A stretch of DNA of 64,000 nt from Eledone cirrhosa (taxonomy: Eukaryota), in assembly GCA_964016885.1 (NCBI GenBank), contig OZ024746.1:69998001-70062000 (forward strand), read 5' to 3'. Position numbers and translations under genes: made by a program. Positions 54,810 to 64,000 of the stretch are shown here, piece by piece. The first letter of the stretch is position 1; every line of letters begins with the position of its first letter. The notes below the pieces were generated by a model. The model was not told the origin of the DNA, ran no database searches, and worked only from the letters and a program-made list of their open reading frames with translations.

Positions 54810-55066
54810 GAACAGATTAAAGTTTAAGCAAAGAATCGCTGCTTTCACCCATAACGGAATCGTCTGACACTTATAATAAATATTTGCTCTACTGGTTTAT
54901 ATATATATATATATATCTATGGGTGAAAGCAGCGATTCTTTGCTTAAACTTTAATCTGTTCTTATAATATATATACCTGGAGTTGCGACCGATAGATAGT
55001 ATTAGCAATTGGAAAGACCCATGGAAACATTGTTTCCTCAGTCCGATTTGACGAAAGTCGATCGTT

Positions 55067-55122
<56 letters not shown>

Positions 55123-55381
55123 GAACAGATTAAAGTTTAAGCAAAGAATCGCTGCTTTCACCCATAACGGAATCTTCTGACACTTATAATAAATATTTGC
55201 TCTACTGGTTTATATATATATCTATATATATCTATGGGTGAAAGCAGCGATTCTTTGCTTAAACTTTAATCTGTTCTTATAATATATATACCTGGAGTTG
55301 CGACCGATAGATAGTATTAGCAATTGGAAAGACCCATGGAAACATTGTTTCCTCAGTCCGATTTGACGAAAGTCGATCGTT

Positions 55382-55385
<4 letters not shown>
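54803..55385 (+). mobile_element. Two tandem copies (about 314-bp period) of a fold-back plus tail unit in (TA)n
   Basis: About 50-bp IR tattataagaacag..tcacccata in each copy; tail ctggagttgcgaccg..ggaaacattgtttcc shared with 17172-17250. Confidence 0.8.
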
Positions 55386-55429
<44 letters not shown>

Positions 55430-55581
55430 TATTTTTTATTTTATAGAAGGAGATTCTACAGGACTAGTACTCTAGTACTAGTCCTGTAGAAGCTCCTTCT
55501 ATAAAATAAAAAAATTTTACTCTGCCATGTATTGAGTACCTTGCTTACTGTGGTTATCCCCGACTCAACCCGGGACCTACG

Positions 55582-55583
<2 letters not shown>
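55430..55583 (+). mobile_element. Short fold-back plus tail (family 3) in (TA)n
   Basis: Palindrome centred near 55470 (tagaaggagattctacaggactagtac tcta gtactagtcctgtagaagctccttcta); related to 53470-53492. Confidence 0.7.
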
Positions 55584-55640
<57 letters not shown>

Positions 55641-55962
55641 GTGTTGGTGTGTGTGTTGAAATAAGGAACGTATATTTTGGAAGATTGTTACAAATATAGG
55701 TAAATTCATGTAGATGAATATTATTATCATTGTCTAAATAAGTTAGCTACAACGTAAACAGACAGAAAGATATATAAGTGGAGATGTTTTCTGAACGAAT
55801 CTAAAGTGACAGATCAGAAATCGACCTCTTCGTATGGCATATATTTTAATTTTATGTTATTCCCTCTTACTTATAATCGTATGGACACACTCAATCACGA
55901 GAGGACTACTTTCTACATTCTCTCCATCTTGGTTTTCTCTCACTTTCTGCATTGTGTATGTA

Positions 55963-57087
<1,125 letters not shown>

Positions 57088-57535
57088 GATGATGTATGCA
57101 TGTAAGTGCAATATATTCATACTGACACTAATATTGATAAATTAGTTTCAGAGAAAAACGAAAAAAAAAAAATAAATAAAATAAATTAAAAGAAAAATAC
57201 CAACAAAAACAATAACAGCAACAATAAAACAACAACAAAGGTAAAACCATTTAAACATTTCTGTTTATAAAGTGTGTAAATTTAGTGACAGTATATATAG
57301 TTTGGTGTGTCGTATCGCAATGAGAAATCGATGACTCCATGAGTAGATGGTTAGAAAGGACAGATCGATCAATGTTGGTTACAATAGGGGTTCCTCAACT
57401 AATGATGATGGATATGAAGATGTCATGGACATTTGCAACGTTTGCAGTTTTCAGGAGAGAACACTTGAGAATCTTAAGAGACCACGCAAGTATAGGGTTA
57501 ATGCATCAACATTCCTGTTGCGCACAAACACATTC

Positions 57536-57569
<34 letters not shown>

Positions 57570-57582
57570 ATATATATGTGTA

Positions 57583-57724
<142 letters not shown>

Positions 57725-57767
57725 CATATATACATATACATATATACACATATATATACACACACAC

Positions 57768-57800
<33 letters not shown>

Positions 57801-57867
57801 TACATATATGTATGTATATATATATCTATATATCTATATATCTATATCTCTCTCTATATATATACAT

Positions 57868-57932
<65 letters not shown>

Positions 57933-57961
57933 TATATACATATATATATATACATATATAC

Positions 57962-58062
<101 letters not shown>

Positions 58063-58849
58063 CATGTGTGTGTGTGTTCGTGTATGTGTATGTACATATA
58101 TATACATACACGCACACATATATAGATGCACACATACACACATATACACTTACATACACACACATACCCACATATATACTCACATACATACACACACGCA
58201 CACACATATATGCAGATACAGACATTTCCATATATATAGATTCACATAGGCACACATACGCGTATACACTGGAACAGAAATATTAGTTACTGTTAGGTAA
58301 GAGATTGTGAACGGCAGAGAAAGATATGGAGTTAGATATGAGAATCTGATGAGGTGTGTGTGTGTGGGGGGGGGGGGATAAAGTAAAAAATCAAGGGAAA
58401 CAATCCTTTAAAATACAATACGATTGTATGATGGATGAGTAAGTAGTAAATGAATCGGTGATCTTTGTGTAAACATAATTTATCACGAGAGTGTGATATA
58501 AAAAGAAGAAAATAATTGAAAATATAATTATAAAAATAACAAAAGAACCACAACCGTAAAAACTATATCTGGATATAAACATATATCAAAAGAAAGCAGG
58601 GGGTATTAAGATATGTTAAGGTTGTTATATTCATGGGGTTAGGAATCCTTGGAGAGGAACATCACCTCTTCTCTTTTGTTTGTTCCTACATTTGGAAACG
58701 ACGTTCAAATTACGTATGTAGCAACATTGAGAATTAACTCTCATGAGTCGTGGAAATATTTTCTATCATGCTATAACAACAAGCAGTGGGTGGATCGTGA
58801 AAAAAATGCTATATTAAGCAAAATAGAATGTCGCATATTCAGAGACAAT

Positions 58850-59225
58850 AGAGATACCACCTCATTCAAACGAACGGCATGCTGTATATTTCAGAGACTG
58901 TAGCCTCACACAGTGATACCACCTCTTTCAAATGGTATGTTGCGTATTTGAGGACAGTATCCTCACACAGTGACACAGTAACACAGTGATACCACCTCTT
59001 TCAAATGGAATGTTGTGTTTTTGAGGACAGTAGCCTCACACAGTGATACCATCTCTTTCAAATGGTATGTTGTGCTTTTGAGGACAGTAGCCTCACACAG
59101 TGGCACTACCTCTTTCATATAGAATGTTGTGTTTTTGAGGACAGTAGCCCTATACAGTGATACCATCTCTATCAAGTAGAATGTTGTGTAGCACCGGACA
59201 ATAGCCTCATACAGTGATACTATCT
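58850..59225. repeat. About 60-bp minisatellite, about 6 copies
   Basis: cacagtgataccacctctttcaaatggtatgttg..ttgaggacagtagcctca. Confidence 0.9.
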
Positions 59226-60643
59226 TTTTCTAAACCCAAATTAACATATTTGAAAAATTTTATACCATTACTACTAATTATATTATTCCAAAATATTAAT
59301 CTCATTATTCCAGTACTCTGATAATGAGTTTAGTTGTCTACGGAATTGCGAAACAGAAAAAAACCATGATAATTAAAAATGTGTATAATTAAATCAATTA
59401 TATTTATTAAAGAGCAAGTAATGATTACGATGTTTCTCGAAAATACACGCTCCTGATAACAAGGGAGATTGGGTTTGAAAGCAGGATCCGATGAAAATTA
59501 AAGATAGCTAAATTTGCTTCACCCCCACCACGTTACATTTTATATAAAATAAATTGCTAGTAAGCACATATTTCTCTGTATATGAATAGATAAAAAACTA
59601 TTTAAAAAAAACTAACAATCGAGTATGATTTGGTAGTGTGTATCATAGTTTTGATAAGACTGTTAGGTCTCCATGCAGACATGAACAGACACAGACACCC
59701 TCTCAATCCCATCTTCACATGATCCAACGAAATATCCAAGATGTGACAGCTAAAAGGAGGGTGAGCTGCATTAACATTTGGTTGGTACTTTCTTTATCAG
59801 GCACAGAAAGCATGACAAGGCAAAGTGGACCTCGGACGGATTTGATCTCAAAAGGAAAAGACCCGGAATAAATATCCAACATTCTAAAATCTCTGCCAAA
59901 TCAACCATTTTTCATAGAGTCGAACATTTGACATTTTAAAAAATAATTTCCTTCTCATATTCAGTGAAAAACATTAGTGGAACTGTCTACAAATCTATCA
60001 ATGCAGGTTAAAGATCAGTCTGCCTCGTGGTCCCGGCAGACAGGATGGAGAAGACATTGCTCTGGAGGATAGTGAGGGAGATACGCTGGAACAGCTACTC
60101 CAATACACGGGGCTCGCTCTTGCAAGTAGCCAAGTCCACCCCGATAGCAATGTGTAAGCATGTGGTCCGGGGGCTAAGAATGCCGTATGTCTACAAACCT
60201 ATCAGAAAGTGGCCGTAACTTTGACAGTTTGCCCGCTTCTGCCTGGCGAACAACGAAGCCTGGGCTGGTAGCCGAACGCACTAGGTGGTCGCTGGTGAAG
60301 GTGACACAACATGGACATCTCAGATGAAGGGCTTACACCCGGGGAACGGGAAGATTGTCATGCCGTCTGGCCTTTTGCCGTCACCTCAATCCAGCTAGCT
60401 TGAGCTGTCTTAGTAGTTCATTTGGACACTGATATAAGCAGTCTATATTAAACATACATTCACATACACACATATACGTACATGTACACATACTAACACA
60501 CACACATACACATGCAAAGTCAGACATATGCAGATACACACAATCACAGCGATACACATACAAAGACACGCATACATATACACATATACACATACACAGT
60601 GCAAAAACAAACTAAGACAAAAACACAAAATAAAACGAGAATA

Positions 60644-60857
60644 ATTGTTTCTACACTTGGCACAATGCCAGGAATTTGAAGGGAAGTGAAAGTCAATTAA
60701 ATTGACCTCAGCGCGTTACAGCTACTTTATTTTATTGAACCCGTAAGGATGAAAGGTAAATTGAGCCTCGGCGGGATTTGAACTCAGAACGTAAAGAGCT
60801 GAATTAATACTACTAAGCATTTGTCCGACCCTCTAACAATACTGCCAATCCACCACC
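60644..60857 (-). mobile_element. tRNA-derived SINE
   Basis: SINE core and head. Confidence 0.8.
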
Positions 60858-60924
60858 TAAAAGCACTACTACTAATAATAAAATGATAAACGGAGAGAGA
60901 GAAAAAAGAATTAAGAAGAGAGGT

Positions 60925-61372
60925 ATTCGTACCAACCCCTACCTATGGTTATGAATCTTGGGTAATGACCGAAAGAATATGATCGCGAATATAAGCGGCC
61001 GAAATAAGGTTCCTCAGAAGGGTCTTTGGGGTAACGTTACGCGATAGAGTGCATAGCTCAGAGATCAGAGAGTCACTCCAGATAAAGCCGCTACTTTTCT
61101 GAATTGAGAGATCACAGCTCCGATACTATGGGCATGTTGTTAGAATGTCTCAGGCAAGAATCGCTGGACAGATTTTACGGGCAAAACCAACCGACAGGAG
61201 ACCGAGGGGTAGACCCCCGAGCAAGATCGGTGTATACTGTCCATGAGCTTGGCTGGTCTCGCTTGGGGATCCAGCTGGATCAGCTGGAAACGGTTGCTAC
61301 TGACAGGACCCGCTGTAAAGAGTGTTTGAGGACTCTCTCAGGAATATGTGGGCAAAGAAGAAGAAGGAGAAA
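60925..61372 (+). pseudogene. RTE-clade (Expander/RTEX-like) LINE 3' end with (AAG)n tail
   Basis: PTYGYESWVMTERI*SRI*AAEIRFLRRVFGVTLRDRVHSSEIRESL..IERSQLRYYGHVVRM..RRPRGRP. Confidence 0.85.
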
Positions 61373-61425
61373 GAAAACTTAAAACGGAGAAAGCGATTTG
61401 GCAAACCCTAGATCCATGGTTGAAC

Positions 61426-61955
61426 GGTATATTTCAGTTGAACTCTTTGCCGTGGTATATTTCAGTTGAACTCTTTGCTGTGGTATATTTCAGTTGAACT
61501 CTTTGCCGTGGTATATTTCAGTTGAACTCTTTGCTGTGGTATATTTCAGTTGAACTCTTTGCCGTGGTATATTTCAGTTGAACTCTTTGCCGTGGTATAT
61601 TTCAGTTGAACTCTTTGCTGTGGTATATTTCAGTTGAACTCTTTGCCGTGGTATATTTCAGTTGAACTCTTTGCTGTGGTATATTTCAGTTGAACTCTTT
61701 GCCGTGGTATATTTCAGTTGAACTCTTTGCCGTGGTATATTTCAGTTGAACTCTTTGCTGTGGTATATTTCAGTTGAACTCTTTGCCGTGGTATATTTCA
61801 GTTGAACTCTTTGCCGTGGTATATTTCAGTTGAACTCTTTGCTGTGGTATATTTCAGTTGAACTCTTTGCCGTGGTATATTTCAGTTGAACTCTTTGCCG
61901 TGGTATATTTCAGTTGAACTCTTTGCTGTGGTATATTTCAGTTGAACTCTTTGCC
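61426..61955. repeat. 28-bp minisatellite, 19 copies
   Basis: Unit ggtatatttcagttgaactctttgcYgt with a single C/T variable site. Confidence 0.97.
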
Positions 61956-62511
61956 AGCGATAGCCGCTACATCAGTCATTCCACCTTAAGCGGGCTACTT
62001 CCTCCTCACAATTTGGCGGAGGAAAACGGCAGGCCAGGGATCGAGTTGGGGAACCGGAGGTATTGACAGCAATTGACACGAAAAGAAAGGGGTCGGTGAA
62101 AATCCGGGGTTTGGTTACCTTCGCTCCTCTGCATTAAGGTTGGTGCAGCAAAAATCAATATAAATAAACAAATGAATAAATAAATATACATATGCATACA
62201 CATGTATATAGTATATATATATATATATATGAACAAAAGAAATAAATAGAAATAAAAAGTTTAAAGTAATGAAAAAGAAAGTTTCGGCCGCTGAGGAAAT
62301 GATGGAAAGCAATAAGCTATAATAATGAAACTAATCAATTATCGATTTAAGAAAACGTGCGAGGCAAATAGGAAGATTAGCCGAAGCAAAAGAAAGTCAG
62401 TTATATTTGTGCTTTCAACTGTGACCTGCAAACAAAGAAAGAAAGAAGAGAACTGCAAGTAATCTATGAACAAGCAGCCAATCACACTAAACATACACAC
62501 ACACACACACA

Positions 62512-62575
<64 letters not shown>

Positions 62576-62650
62576 AATATAAATTAGCGAGAATCGTACA
62601 GACGCGTGTATATCTATACACAGAGACGTACACACATATACAGACGTACA

Positions 62651-62735
<85 letters not shown>

Positions 62736-63148
62736 TCATACATACTTAAACATGTAGCAATCCAGCTTCACTCCTACCACGACCACCACTATATGTGCAG
62801 ACCAATATTTCCTATTCTGCTCAGTCGATTCATATCTATTATTCTTATTGATGATGTTCGCTAGTCATGTACATATATGTTCAATACATGCATTAATGTA
62901 TATATACATGTATTTATGTATACATGTATTTATGTATACATGTATTTATGTATACATGTATTTATGTATACATGTATTTATGTATACATGTATTTATGTA
63001 TATATGTATTTATGTATACATGTATTTATGTATACATGTATTTATGTATATATGTATTTATGTATATATATGTATTTATGTATATATGTACGTATGTATA
63101 TATGTACATATATATATATGTATATATGTATATATGCATATATAAATG

Positions 63149-63263
<115 letters not shown>

Positions 63264-63385
63264 ATACTTATGTATTTTCTCTATCACCCTTTTTCCACCC
63301 ATATTCCCATATATAAATATGTGTGTATATGTATATAAACACACAGACACAGACATACACACACCACACTCTCACACGCACACAC

Positions 63386-63468
<83 letters not shown>

Positions 63469-63774
63469 AACAAATACCCATTTACATATATTTCAGAGCT
63501 ACTTTAACTTTTCCTTTTTCTGCCATTATTAATTGTTCTTCCGCCCTTTCCTCACCACCCTTCCCCCACCCGTCCATATCCTCTCCGACTCCCTCCCCAT
63601 TTCTCCACACCCCCTCCGACTTCTTCCTTCACCACCTCTCCCCTCTCTTTCCTTCACTCCATATTCATGTATTATTTATTCACAAATACTTTTATTTTCC
63701 ATCTCTCTATGTGTATGTCAGTATTTATGTGTTTGAATGTGCTCCGGCGATAGGCGCTCTACACGCCCGCCTCT

Positions 63775-64000
63775 CTGTATCACTGTCTTTCTATATATGT
63801 ACTCTGTATCACTGTGTCTATCACTGTCTTTCTATATATGTACTTTGTATCACTGTGTCTATCATTGTCTTTCTATATATGTACTCTGTATGAGTGTGTC
63901 TATCACTGTCTTTCTATATATATACTCTGTATGAGTGTGTCTATCACTGTCTTTCTATATATGTACTCTGTATGACTGTGTCTATCACTGTCTTTCTATA
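63775..64000. repeat. 41-bp minisatellite running off the window end
   Basis: tatcactgtctttctatatatgtactctgtatcactgtgtc-like unit. Confidence 0.9.

Noticed and set aside
57300-57530. Unique island, possible terminal exon on the minus strand ([20 protein letters not shown])
   Set aside because: Weak acceptor and no recognisable homology; cannot be supported without RNA data.
60020-60400. Possible Tx1 endonuclease relic on the minus strand
   Set aside because: Only DH..YW-like hints; too decayed to call.
61426-61955. CRISPR-like 28-bp repeat with a small internal palindrome
   Set aside because: No spacers, no cas genes, eukaryotic context.

Overview
AT-rich, microsatellite-saturated eukaryotic DNA. 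The SINE content and repeat landscape suggest an octopus or other cephalopod (inference). Almost all ORF-track entries are artefacts of (TA)n, (CA)n and (GA)n repeats. Supported content: (1) one intact ~6.0 kb Tx1/L1-clade non-LTR retrotransposon on the minus strand (8652-14681, ORF1 plus ORF2) inside an (AAT)n microsatellite, with related 3' ends inside (TATC)n tracts; (2) about 15 short remnants of Penelope-like retroelements (PLEs) from several families, nearly all in (TA)n, built as fold-back inverted repeats with a family-specific tail. At least six distinct type I hammerhead ribozyme folds can be read in them, one with a U3-A8 compensatory core; (3) a cysteine-rich phase 1-1 exon resembling a Ly6/uPAR three-finger protein, and a candidate TATA promoter with first exon on the same strand; (4) many tRNA-derived SINEs, decayed RTE, CR1-like, CRE-like and Tx1 fragments, and several minisatellites. 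All coordinates and folds were read by eye; no searches were run.
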